A stretch of 60,939 nt of DNA, the filler included, from Dugesia japonica (lineage: Eukaryota), in the NCBI GenBank assembly GCA_001938525.1. It is 5 parts of 5 records of this genome, joined end to end, with 100 filler letters (N's around TTAATTAATTAA, not from the genome) between each part and the next. Parts side by side here need not be neighbours in the genome. Positions count along the whole stretch, not along the records: positions 45,734 to 60,939 come from MQRL01590621.1; 4 more parts are not named here. One strand, 5' to 3'. Below the pieces are notes generated by a model that worked only from the letters and a program-made list of their open reading frames with translations, had not been told where the DNA came from and made no database searches. A program made the translations under genes and the position numbers. Positions 49,232 through 59,223 of this stretch are shown in pieces. Position 1 is the stretch's first letter; each line of letters begins with the position of its first letter.

Positions 49232-49909
49232 ATGAGTAACATTACAAAAAATAATATTATAAAAAATAACATCACAGAAGAATCGTTAGCAAAATTAATA
49301 AATTCTGATAAATGTAGAACTGTTAAAATTGATGGTAAAAATTATTGGGTTAGTAAAAAAGTAAAGGATTTAGCTAAATCACGAAAGGAAATGGCAAAAG
49401 ATGAGGGATTTGCATTCCTAGCCGCAATTACAGCAATTATTGCCGGGTTGGCTGGAACTGCCGGAATCGCATCAGGAATTGCAAGTACCGTTGCAAGTTC
49501 AAAACAAGCAATTAAAACTCAAAAAGAAACAGAACGATTGGGAAGCGAAGCCCATAAAGGTACTGGTTTATATTTAAAAACTGATGAAAATCTTGGTAAA
49601 GGTTTATATTTAAAAAAAGACGAAGGATCTGGATTATATTTAAAATCAGATTTAGGTGATAAACTTCAAGGATCGGGATTATATTTAAAACCATATGAAG
49701 GTTCAGCAATTCATAAATATTTTAAAAACATTTTCGATGATTTAAAATTAAAAGATTCAACTAAAAAATTTAAAGATGGAATTGAGATTGAGATTAGTGG
49801 TGATGGACTTTATTTAAAACCTTATAATTATTATGACAAAAATAGTACAAGCCAAAATAGTACAAGCCAAAATAGTCCTAGTAAAAATGGACCTTCGGAA
49901 GAGGATTAA
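49232..49909 (+). CDS. Adenovirus pX-like precursor with five GxGLYLK repeats
   Basis: EGFAFLAAITAIIAGLAGTAGIASGIAS; GTGLYLK, GKGLYLK, GSGLYLK twice, GDGLYLK. Confidence 0.8.
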   Translation: MSNITKNNIIKNNITEESLAKLINSDKCRTVKIDGKNYWVSKKVKDLAKSRKEMAKDEGFAFLAAITAIIAGLAGTAGIASGIASTVASSKQAIKTQKETERLGSEAHKGTGLYLKTDENLGKGLYLKKDEGSGLYLKSDLGDKLQGSGLYLKPYEGSAIHKYFKNIFDDLKLKDSTKKFKDGIEIEISGDGLYLKPYNYYDKNSTSQNSTSQNSPSKNGPSEED

Positions 49910-50780
49910 GGAATTAGAAGAATTAATAAAAGTTCGAAAAAAATATGATGATAAATTTACTGCCAGTGTCCTTAATAGTAGAGGTTTACAAAGTGACTTA
50001 TCAATATTACAAAAACCAATTATTGATACAATTAAAACTGATATTGAAAAAGATAAACTTGAACCAAAAGAAATAAAACCTGAACCAAAAGAAATTAAAC
50101 CTGAACTAAAACCTGAAATAAAACCTGAAGTAAAAACCAACAAATTTGTTATTCCAATAGATGATGATATTGCTAAACATTTAAAACAAAAAAATACAAA
50201 AGCATATTATCCAAAGAATGAAGTTATTTATGCAAGTCAATTAGGTCCAAATTTAACACCCCAAGAACATACATATGAAGTAAATGGGGAAAAATATCGA
50301 ATATTACATTATCCAATTTCAAAAGTAAATGTTATTTTTTTTAATGATGGCGCCTATTCAAAAATCGCAATTAATGATTATATTTTAAATTATAATGAAA
50401 CATTATTAAATATAATTTTAGGGGATAAAGCTAGAATAAAAAATAATAAAGAAACAAAAAAATATCTTGAAATATATTTTGATAAAATAGTAGTTAATAA
50501 AGATGTAAATAATCCCTATTATAATTTTTTAGAAAATAAATTAAACCCCCCAAAGCCTCGTTCTAAAAGTGTTCCGAAAACAGGCACCGCAGCTAAGAAA
50601 GGTAAAGGATTTAATAATCCATTAAATTTATTTGAAAAATTAACATTACTAATTTCAGCAGCAAAATCCGGACACGATAACGTAGAAAATGATATTAAAA
50701 AAGTTTGTAAAAAATTAAAGATGATGGGATTAATTTCTGATAAAATTTATGAAAAATATAAGGGTAAGTATTTTAAATAA
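49833..50780 (+). CDS. AGH-motif conserved protein; true start probably MDLRKRIKELE
   Basis: KLTLLISAAKSGHDNVENDIKKVCKKLKMMGLIS, near-identical to the copy C C-terminus. Confidence 0.75.
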   Translation: MTKIVQAKIVQAKIVLVKMDLRKRIKELEELIKVRKKYDDKFTASVLNSRGLQSDLSILQKPIIDTIKTDIEKDKLEPKEIKPEPKEIKPELKPEIKPEVKTNKFVIPIDDDIAKHLKQKNTKAYYPKNEVIYASQLGPNLTPQEHTYEVNGEKYRILHYPISKVNVIFFNDGAYSKIAINDYILNYNETLLNIILGDKARIKNNKETKKYLEIYFDKIVVNKDVNNPYYNFLENKLNPPKPRSKSVPKTGTAAKKGKGFNNPLNLFEKLTLLISAAKSGHDNVENDIKKVCKKLKMMGLISDKIYEKYKGKYFK

Positions 50781-50915
50781 ATATGGAAGCGAAGCTTCCT
50801 CTGTTAAATCCCAAATGTCAATGCAAAGGTTAGGTGCGAAATGTTAGTGCGATTAATCGTATTGGAAATATAAATTTAAATATGATATTAATAAGGCCCA
50901 CTTCGTGGACCAAAT

Positions 50916-51569
50916 CTAAAGTCTATATCTTCGTAAATGTACTAAAATTGAAATTGGCTCTTGGTTAAAATCTATTGGTCTGAAATCTTGATCTACAACT
51001 TTAAATTCTAAATCTGTAATAAATTTTGTATTTAATTTTGAATAAACAGGAGTATAAGGTCTTTCAATAATTTTATAACCAAAATCAACAGTATTTGATG
51101 GAAATGAATATAATAAATTTACTGGCACTCCATTAATATAATTTGGTTGAATGATATTACAAGTTATATTTATCATGCTAACACTAGAAATGTCACATTT
51201 ATTTTCTGAAACATAATTTCCTGGTTTATAAGTTCCTGGGGCAAAACCTGTNNNNNNNNNNNNNNNNNNNNNNNNNNNNNNNNNNNNNNNNNNNNNNNNN
51301 NNNNNNNNNNNNNNNNNNNNNNNNNNNNNNNNNNNNNNNNNNNNNNNNNNNNNNNNNNNNNNNNNNNNNNNNNNNNNNNNNNNNNNNNNNNNNNNNNNNN
51401 NNNNNNNNNNNNNNTTAAATTTATTATTTTCCACAGTGACATTAAAAATGATATTGTAACATGCGAAACACAATAACCCTAATTCATAATCCGCATCTAA
51501 TTCTATAGGATAAGTTAAATGCATTCTTAAATTACTTTCTTTATTAACTATTAAAAACTGGTTTGACAT
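50916..51569 (-). CDS. Minor capsid protein (penton), spans an N gap
   Basis: PIELDADYELGLLCFACYNIIFNVT; IDFNQEPISILVHLR. Confidence 0.85.
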   Translation of the reverse strand: MSNQFLIVNKESNLRMHLTYPIELDADYELGLLCFACYNIIFNVTVENNKFXXXXXXXXXXXXXXXXXXXXXXXXXXXXXXXXXXXXXXXXXXXXXXXXXXXXXXXTGFAPGTYKPGNYVSENKCDISSVSMINITCNIIQPNYINGVPVNLLYSFPSNTVDFGYKIIERPYTPVYSKLNTKFITDLEFKVVDQDFRPIDFNQEPISILVHLRRYRL

Positions 51570-51776
51570 TATGCTACTTGTTACTATTATGCAATATGCT
51601 ATTTTATAAATAAATAAAATATGGATATTTGTCGCGCCCGCAGGGCGCTATTTAATGTTAGTATTTAGATTTAGTATTTAAATGTTGAATGCTAGTACGA
51701 AATGTTAATGCGAAATGTTAAATGCGATTAATCGCACTTGGGTTTCGCACATTGTTCCGATCGGAACATTTCAAAT

Positions 51777-52377
51777 TTACATTCCTAACTTTGTTTTCAT
51801 TTCATTAACAATTTTTCTTAAATCTTCTTCTTCATTAGTTTTATTATTAATTTTAACATGTCTATTCCTGGAAATTATTTCATGAACTTCATTAACCATA
51901 CTCTTGCTTGTTGCTAATTCTTCATCAGTTAATATTTCATCATTGACAGCTTTCTGTTGAAATAGAAATAATTTATTTTTAACAGCTTCAAGTTTTTTAA
52001 TTANNTTTTTCATATCTCTCTTTTCTACTTTTTATTACTGATGAATTTATTGTCCCTATTACAGGCAGGACTGAAATTGCCCCAGTCAAGATTGGAATTC
52101 CGATTGTTGCCAAAGGCACTCCAATTGGGGCAATCAATACGACACCGGCAATCCCCATTCCTGCAGAAACTACTATCTGTGTAATTTTAATACTTGAATC
52201 AATTCTATTCCATCTTCTATGAATTTTTTTATAATGGTTAATTTTATCTTTTATAAAAAATAAATCATTCTCAAAATCCTTAATCCTAGATAATGCTAAT
52301 TTATTTTTTAAATCTAAAATTGTGTAATTTTTAATCTCATCAAGATTTGGATATAAACTTTCTGAATACTCGCCCAT
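51777..52377 (-). CDS. Conserved Polinton membrane protein; apparent break coincides with Ns
   Basis: LYPNL, RIKDF, RRWNRID, hydrophobic hairpin, DEELATSK. Confidence 0.75.
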
Positions 52378-52427
52378 TTATTATTAATAAAAATTTAAGT
52401 TATCGATAAGATACCGATAAGATATCG

Positions 52428-54224
52428 TTAAGTTATCGTTAAGAATAATAAATTAAATTTTTCTGGTAAATTTATTTCAATAAAATTAATATTCAAATCT
52501 TTACTAATTTCTGTGCTTTCTTTAATAATATCAAAGCTAATAGTGGGAGTACTAAAAAATTTAAATACTTTTATAATTTTATTAATACAAATGGAATATA
52601 CAAATTCATTTATTTCAGAATAACCCTTAATATTTATTTTAAATGCTCCACTAATTCTTGCATCTAAACTAATTTTGTAAACATTTTTATTTTTTCTTTT
52701 AAAATTAAAATCTTTAATATATTCCATTGAAATACTAAACTGTGGAAGTTCACCTTTAACTTCTTTAAGTGTAAATTTAAAATTTGAATTTGAATAATGA
52801 GGTAAGTAATTTCGAAGTATTTCACTGGCACCTATAAAATCTATACAATCTTTATCTTTATTATCTTTATTATCTTTATTATCTTTATTATATTTATTAT
52901 CTTTATTATNNNNNNNNNNNNNNNNNNNNNNNNNNNNNNNNNNNNNTTTATTATCTTTATTATATTTATTATATTTTTCTAACTCTATAAACTGTACTAA
53001 CATACTATCTTTATTATATTTGTTGAGCATATTATATCTTAATAAACGATTAATTTTATTAATATAATTTTGGTGTAAAATTGATTTTATTCTTTCATAT
53101 TCAAATGATGTTGGAATAAGTTGAATAATTATTTTCTCAAGAAAAATTCCTTTTGGTAAATATATTGAAATATAATTTATATTTTCATCTTTACTAATTT
53201 CTTCACTTTTACGTAAAATACTCATAATATTATCATTGGGTTTCACAAATAAAAATGACACTGCAATATTATTAATTTTAATAACATAATCAAATTTGGG
53301 AACTTCACAAAAACCTTCTATATTTATAGTAAATGCAAATTTTAATTTTACATCTAAAGAAATATTTAAATAATTTTTAATATTAAAATAATGATCATTA
53401 AATGTTGTATGCTTTATCCCACCCTTACGAACAAAATCTAAATCGTGTACAAAATAATCCATAATCGTATATTGGGGTAAAGCATCATTTTTTGACATTG
53501 GAATTAATGAAAATAACATTTCTTCAGATTGCGTATGGTTATAAGGTAAATAATTATCAAGTAAATTTCTTATTTTAGGATGGTCATATTTTACAAATAA
53601 AAAATTAAATTTATTTATAAAAATTTTATGTAGTAGTGATTTTATTATTTCAAATTCTAGTTTTAAATCATCATTAACTTTAAATTGATATGTTTTAATT
53701 ATTAATTCATGTAAATAAATTTGTTCGGGTAAAATTATTTTAATATATTTTATTTTTGATTCTCGACTTTCCTGATAAATTATTATTTTTTGAGTATCGG
53801 GTGTAAAATAATATTCTCTTGATAATGCCAGCTCATTAATTCTAATGATGTAAGTAAATCTTTTTTCATGAATCCCATTTATAAATATACAAATTTTATC
53901 ATCAATATTTACATTTAATTCAATAAAAAATAATTCTTCAAATAAAAAACCTTTTAGTGTCATAATACCTTTTCTTTTAAACCCAATATTATTAACATAT
54001 TTTTCATTAATATAAAATTGTGGAAGAGTTTGATCTTTTTTACAATTAATTGTTAATATTGAATTATTATCTGGCATAAAAATATAAGGNNNNNNNNNNN
54101 NNNNNNNNNNNNNNNNNNNNNNNNNNNNNNNNNNNNNNNNNAAATCTTCAAATAAATTATTAATTTTATTAATCTGAAATTTATGAAGTCTAGATTTTAT
54201 CAATTCAATTTCTTTCATCACCAT
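52428..54224 (-). CDS. Protein with three tandem copies of an unknown domain; candidate receptor-binding/fibre protein
   Basis: IKSxLH..INK, (YL)PY/H, LPQ(F/Y) and F.RK motifs each recur three times. Confidence 0.7.
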   Translation of the reverse strand: MVMKEIELIKSRLHKFQINKINNLFEDXXXXXXXXXXXXXXXXXXPYIFMPDNNSILTINCKKDQTLPQFYINEKYVNNIGFKRKGIMTLKGFLFEELFFIELNVNIDDKICIFINGIHEKRFTYIIRINELALSREYYFTPDTQKIIIYQESRESKIKYIKIILPEQIYLHELIIKTYQFKVNDDLKLEFEIIKSLLHKIFINKFNFLFVKYDHPKIRNLLDNYLPYNHTQSEEMLFSLIPMSKNDALPQYTIMDYFVHDLDFVRKGGIKHTTFNDHYFNIKNYLNISLDVKLKFAFTINIEGFCEVPKFDYVIKINNIAVSFLFVKPNDNIMSILRKSEEISKDENINYISIYLPKGIFLEKIIIQLIPTSFEYERIKSILHQNYINKINRLLRYNMLNKYNKDSMLVQFIELEKYNKYNKDNKXXXXXXXXXXXXXNKDNKYNKDNKDNKDNKDKDCIDFIGASEILRNYLPHYSNSNFKFTLKEVKGELPQFSISMEYIKDFNFKRKNKNVYKISLDARISGAFKINIKGYSEINEFVYSICINKIIKVFKFFSTPTISFDIIKESTEISKDLNINFIEINLPEKFNLLFLTIT

Positions 54225-54237
54225 GGTAAATGTAACT

Positions 54238-54828
54238 TTAAATTTTTCTATTTTTTTTTAATAAATTAATCTTATCCACATAGTCATCAAATGTTTTTTT
54301 ACTCAAATCATAAGATAAGTTAATAATGGTGATATTTAATATTTCAAGATCTTTTGTAAGTTTTTTATTTAAACCTCCTGTATCAATTTCTTTTAATTTA
54401 ACTAGTAATTCACTTCTTTTATGTGGAAAAACTTCTAGCAATAATCTTTTAATTTCATTATTAATATTAATATATTTTTCCTGATCACAAGTTTTTGTTA
54501 GGCCTTTGATTTTATCATCTATTTCTTTATTATTTAGATCTTTAGCTATATACTCAAAATAAAATTTATTAATATTTAATTTCATAACATTAGTAAAAAT
54601 AAATTCATGGGTTTTTATTTTATCCTCTAATTTTTTAACATAATCTAAATTAACAGCATCATTTAAATGTATAGGATCTTCTAGTATTTTTAAACATGTT
54701 ATTGTATCTCCAGTTTCATTAACAAATTTACTTTCATTCTTTATATCTGAAATTTTAAATTTAGCATCAATTTTTTTTAATATTTGTCTCGAGTTTATAT
54801 TTTTATTAGTTTGACCAAATTTATTCAT
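54238..54828 (-). CDS. Fibre-like protein with DAVN motif
   Basis: GDTITCLKILEDPIHLNDAVNLDYVKKLE. Confidence 0.6.
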   Translation of the reverse strand: MNKFGQTNKNINSRQILKKIDAKFKISDIKNESKFVNETGDTITCLKILEDPIHLNDAVNLDYVKKLEDKIKTHEFIFTNVMKLNINKFYFEYIAKDLNNKEIDDKIKGLTKTCDQEKYININNEIKRLLLEVFPHKRSELLVKLKEIDTGGLNKKLTKDLEILNITIINLSYDLSKKTFDDYVDKINLLKKNRKI

Positions 54829-54924
54829 ATGCTTTTTTTAAATCTCAAATTTAAGTGTGAAATGTCAAGTGTGAAATGTAAGTGCGGAATGTCAAGTGTG
54901 AAATGTAAGTGCGAAATGTTAGAT

Positions 54925-55383
54925 TTAAATACTGGGGATTAATTTATGATACAAATTTTTCATTTCTGAAATTATTACATCAAAATCAGTATCTTTAATC
55001 TTATATAAAAAATAAATGCATAAAATTCCACATATTCTAGTACCAAAATGTTGAACCTGAATTTCATTATATTTCTTTGTAAATTTTTCAATATTTTCTA
55101 AGGGTTTTAATCCAAAAGAATCAAAATAAAATCCATTAAAAAAACATGTCCAATGTGTTCCTTTTTGATTTTGATTTTGGTAATTAAATATTATGGCATC
55201 CTTTAGGATGTCAATGTTTTCCAAACATTTAATAATTTCATTCTTCATACAAATCTCTAAATCTAAATTTAAAAACTCAGCTATTGAATATAAATCAAAA
55301 TTTGTAGTTGTATTAATTCCAAAAGTTTTTAGGAAATCTATTAAATTGAATTCCATTTTCAAGATGTAATTTTTAGTATGCAA
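54925..55383 (-). CDS. Adenain-like cysteine protease, intact ORF
   Basis: GTHWTCF, FYFDSFG, QVQHFGTRICG. Confidence 0.92.
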   Translation of the reverse strand: MHTKNYILKMEFNLIDFLKTFGINTTTNFDLYSIAEFLNLDLEICMKNEIIKCLENIDILKDAIIFNYQNQNQKGTHWTCFFNGFYFDSFGLKPLENIEKFTKKYNEIQVQHFGTRICGILCIYFLYKIKDTDFDVIISEMKNLYHKLIPSI

Positions 55384-55508
55384 ATTTTAATGTGGCAACC
55401 CCTATTGTGAAATCGCACTTAGGTTTCGCATTTGGATTTCGCACTTAGGTTTCATATCGGAATGCCACATTTAGATTTAACCCAAAATATTTATTATAAT
55501 AAATAGTA

Positions 55509-55856
55509 GTGAAAATTATGGAGCAAATGAAAAATAATGAAAAAAATATAATAAAAAATAATAACGAAAATAACAAAAATAATATAATAAAAAATAATAA
55601 CGAAAATAACAAAAAAAATAACAAAATAATTTTTGGATCAATATTTGAAAATGAAAATGAAATTCAAAATAATAACAAAAATAATAAAAATAATAAAAAT
55701 AACAAAAAAAATAACAAAAATAACAAAAATAATAGCAAAAATAACAAAAATAATAACAAAATAATTTTTGGATCAATATTTGAAAATGAATTTTGAATTT
55801 TTTGAATTTTTGAATTTTTTGAATTTTGGAATTTTTGAATTTTGGAATTTTTGAAA
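55509..55856. repeat. AT-rich tandem repeats (aataacaaa; tttttgaa) with a duplicated block, between divergent genes
   Basis: Directly visible; aataatttttggatcaatatttgaaaatga occurs twice. Confidence 0.85.
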
Positions 55857-55906
55857 ACGGCTCGCATGCGAGCCTTTTTTTATGATTAAAATAATTCTAT
55901 AGAAAA

Positions 55907-57502
55907 ATGGTATCATCAGATGAAAGTGGCTGTGAGTGTGTTAGTGAGTGTGAATGTGGTGATCATAAAAAAGATACAAGAATTGATAAAAAATTTAATA
56001 AAATTCGTAATGCGTTGAAAAAATTATATGAAGTAGTAGAAAATCCAAAAGCATGGTTACATATTAAAATGAGTGGTTATAAAATGTTTGGGGTGGTAAT
56101 TTATTATGATAGACCATGTATAGAAGATTTAATATTTCAAAAAAAACTTGGAATTGAATTGAAAAAAGATAAAATTAAAGAAAAAAAATCTGCATTGGAA
56201 ATTAAAAGAATTTTAAGAAAACTCCATTCAAAATATTATTTAGATGCTGCTTCACTATATTTAGAAACTTTTTGTTGTGAACATGATAAAAAAAATGGGT
56301 ACCTAAAGGATAAATTTTTCCCTTCACCATGTGTAATTTGTTTTGAGGAATTTGAAGATCATTATCTAAATATTGAACGCGCTTCGGGAGTTTTAAATAA
56401 TATAAACCATTGGAGAAATGAAAAATTAAAAAAAAATCTACTAAACAAAGATCGAATAAAAAAAGATTTAACATTACAATATTTTAGCAAAAAAGATTTA
56501 ACCAAAAAACTTAAACCAAAAATTATACCAAAAGAAAATATAGCAATATAAGATATAGCAATACAAGATATAGCAATACAAGATATAACAATACAAGTTA
56601 TACCAAAACAAAATATGTTAAAAGAAAATATAACATTCAAAACTATATCAGAAAGAAGATTAACCAAAAAAGTTATACCAAAAAAAGATATACCAAAAAC
56701 AGATATGTTAAAACAAGTTATACCAAAACAAAATATAGCAATACAAGTTATACCAAAACAAAATATATCAGAAAGAAGATTAACATTCATGGAAGAATTA
56801 GCAGATATTGAAATGGAAAACAAAATAAATTCAAATGCGCAAATAAATTCAAATGCGCAAATAAATTCAAATGCGCAAATAAATTCAGAAACGCAAACAT
56901 TTGAAGAAAATATTCAAACTGGGGATGATAATGAAACTGCAAATACTGATATTGAATTTTATGAAAAGTTTTCTAAATCACTTGTAAATGAAATTAATCT
57001 AGAAACATTTAATTTAGATAATACAATAACAATGCCAGAAAAAGAATTTAAAATTGAAAATATGGAACTAGAAAATATAACTCAAAATATTAAAATTTGG
57101 TATAATAATTTTAATATAGGGAAACGAATTACTTTAATAAGTCTTTTTAATTTAGGATATTTTTTCAGTTTATTAAAATTAAAATTAAAAAGTAATAAAG
57201 TAATTAAATATTTAAATGAAATTGGAATTACTTATAAAAAAGCTTATGTAAATAGAATTATATGTTTTTATAAACTGGCAAATGAAAATCCAGATATTTT
57301 AAGATCGAATTGGTCACATAGAACAATAGAAAGAGAGATTAAAAGAATTAAAATATATTTTGATGAAAAAAAATATCAAATTCAAAATTGGGTTGACAAT
57401 ATTAGAGACCCATGGATGATAAAAAATATGGCACATGAAGGTATTGATGAATATAATGCAATTAAAAATTTAACAAATGAACAATTAAGATTACTTATTT
57501 AG
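55907..57502 (+). pseudogene. Cys-containing, repeat-rich protein with a conserved C-terminal domain; one in-frame stop
   Basis: 55907-56551 and 56615-57502 are in one frame; the TAA replaces CAA in an IAIQD repeat; QINSNA repeats; C-terminus homologous to 28660-29282. Confidence 0.7.
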
Positions 57503-57584
57503 GAGGACCCCTAGCGGGGTCCATTTAGATTTAACATTTGGATTTAACATTTGGATTTAACATTAACACAGAAAACTTCGTTTC

Positions 57585-58345
57585 CTAGAATAAATCATCT
57601 AACAGTTCATCACTTTCTTTATTTAAATAAAAATAATTATACTTGGTCTTCCAGTGAAGATTAACTTCGTGATCATACTCTAACTTATCATTAAAAATAT
57701 TTGAAAATAATTCATAATAAACATTATCTCTATCAGTTTTATTTAANTTAAAAAATATGTAACAATTAGAATTATTTCTGATAGAGTTTTTATCCAAATG
57801 ATAATAAGTTTGAGAAATATAAATCACATTACAATTTGAATGACGACCTCGAGTAAAATAACTTTTTTGTATTGATTGATTTTTCTCATTGACAACATCG
57901 TCGAAAATTATTAAATTTTTCTTATCTTTAGAAAGTTTATCACAAGGAACAATTTCATTAGGTTTATTACTTAAAGTAACATTAATGGATCTTGATTTTT
58001 TAGTTATCATTTTTTTAGAAATATNNNNNNNNNNNNNNNNNNNNNNNNNNNNNNNNNNNNNNNNNNNNNNNNNNNNNNNNNNNNNNNNNNNNNNNNNNNN
58101 NNNNNNNNNNNNNNNNNNNNNNNNNNNNNNNNNNNNNNNNNNNNNNNNNNNNNNNNNNNNNNNNNNNNNNNNNNNNNNNNNNNNNNNNNNNNNNNNNNNN
58201 NNNNNNNNNNNNNNNNNNNNNNNNNNNNNNNNNNNNNNNNNNNNNNNNNNNNNNNNNNNNNNNNNNNNNNNNNNNTATTTGGAAGGACTTTATTATTAAA
58301 ATTAGTAATATTTTTATTCCATATGAGATTTGGTACTTGCATCAT
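57585..58345 (-). CDS. Packaging ATPase; Walker A hidden in the N gap
   Basis: WNKNITNFNNKVLPN, LIIFDDVV, FTRGRHSN, YISQTYY. Confidence 0.9.
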
Positions 58346-58590
58346 TTTTCTATTATTAAATTATAATATTATTACTATTATGCTTGCGTAGCAAGCTTTA
58401 ATAATGTTAATTCCTTGATTTTGAATTTAGATTTTAATGTTAGATTTTAGATTCCATTGCNNNNNNNNNNNNNNNNNNNNNGCATTTGGATTTTATATTT
58501 AGATTTAACAAAGGAAGCTTCGCTTCCTAATTTATTTATAAATTTAGATTTTAGATTTAACATTTCGCATTTAACATTTCGCATTTACAT

Positions 58591-58800
58591 TTATTCCTTT
58601 TCCATAAATCTATAAGATTCATATGCCAAACTTGTAATTTTTTTTTCTGCTAATAGTTCATTTATTTCATCCATTAATCCTTCTAATTTCCATTCAAGAG
58701 AATTAAGTTCTTCTGGATTATTATTATTACTAAGTTCTAGTATTTTTTCTTTTAGTATTATTATTTGTGTTTGAAGCTCTAAACAATACTCTGAATCCAT
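58591..58800 (-). CDS. Small hypothetical coiled-coil protein
   Basis: Clean ORF with A-rich start context like neighbouring genes. Confidence 0.45.
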   Translation of the reverse strand: MDSEYCLELQTQIIILKEKILELSNNNNPEELNSLEWKLEGLMDEINELLAEKKITSLAYESYRFMEKE

Positions 58801-59223
58801 TTTTATTATCTAAATTATTATATTATTTAAATTGTTAGATTTTAGATTTTGGGATTTACATTTGGATTTGAATTTTGGATTTATATCCTATATTTTCAAC
58901 TTTAATAAGCTTGCTTAGTGGATTTAATTTATCCATTAATTTTCTTGATAATTTTCTATAACGATAAAAATCATACTCTTGACCAATTAAAAATAATTCA
59001 TACTCAATTTCTTCAGAATAATCATCAATATTTTTAAAAGTTATTTCATCTTTATTAATTTCATCAATAATAATAAAATNNNNNNNNNNNNNNNNNNNNN
59101 NNNNNNNNNNNNNNNNNNNNNNNNNTAAAAATTTTTAATTATAGGATTTGAGATTTAGATTTAAGATTTAAGATTTTAGATTTAACATTCCGCATTGACA
59201 TTCCGCATTTGAGATTTAAAGAT

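Noticed and set aside
55509-55867. Three overlapping ORFs rich in N/K, F/C/Y or L/F
   Set aside because: Products of low-complexity tandem repeats with no homologue in the other copies.
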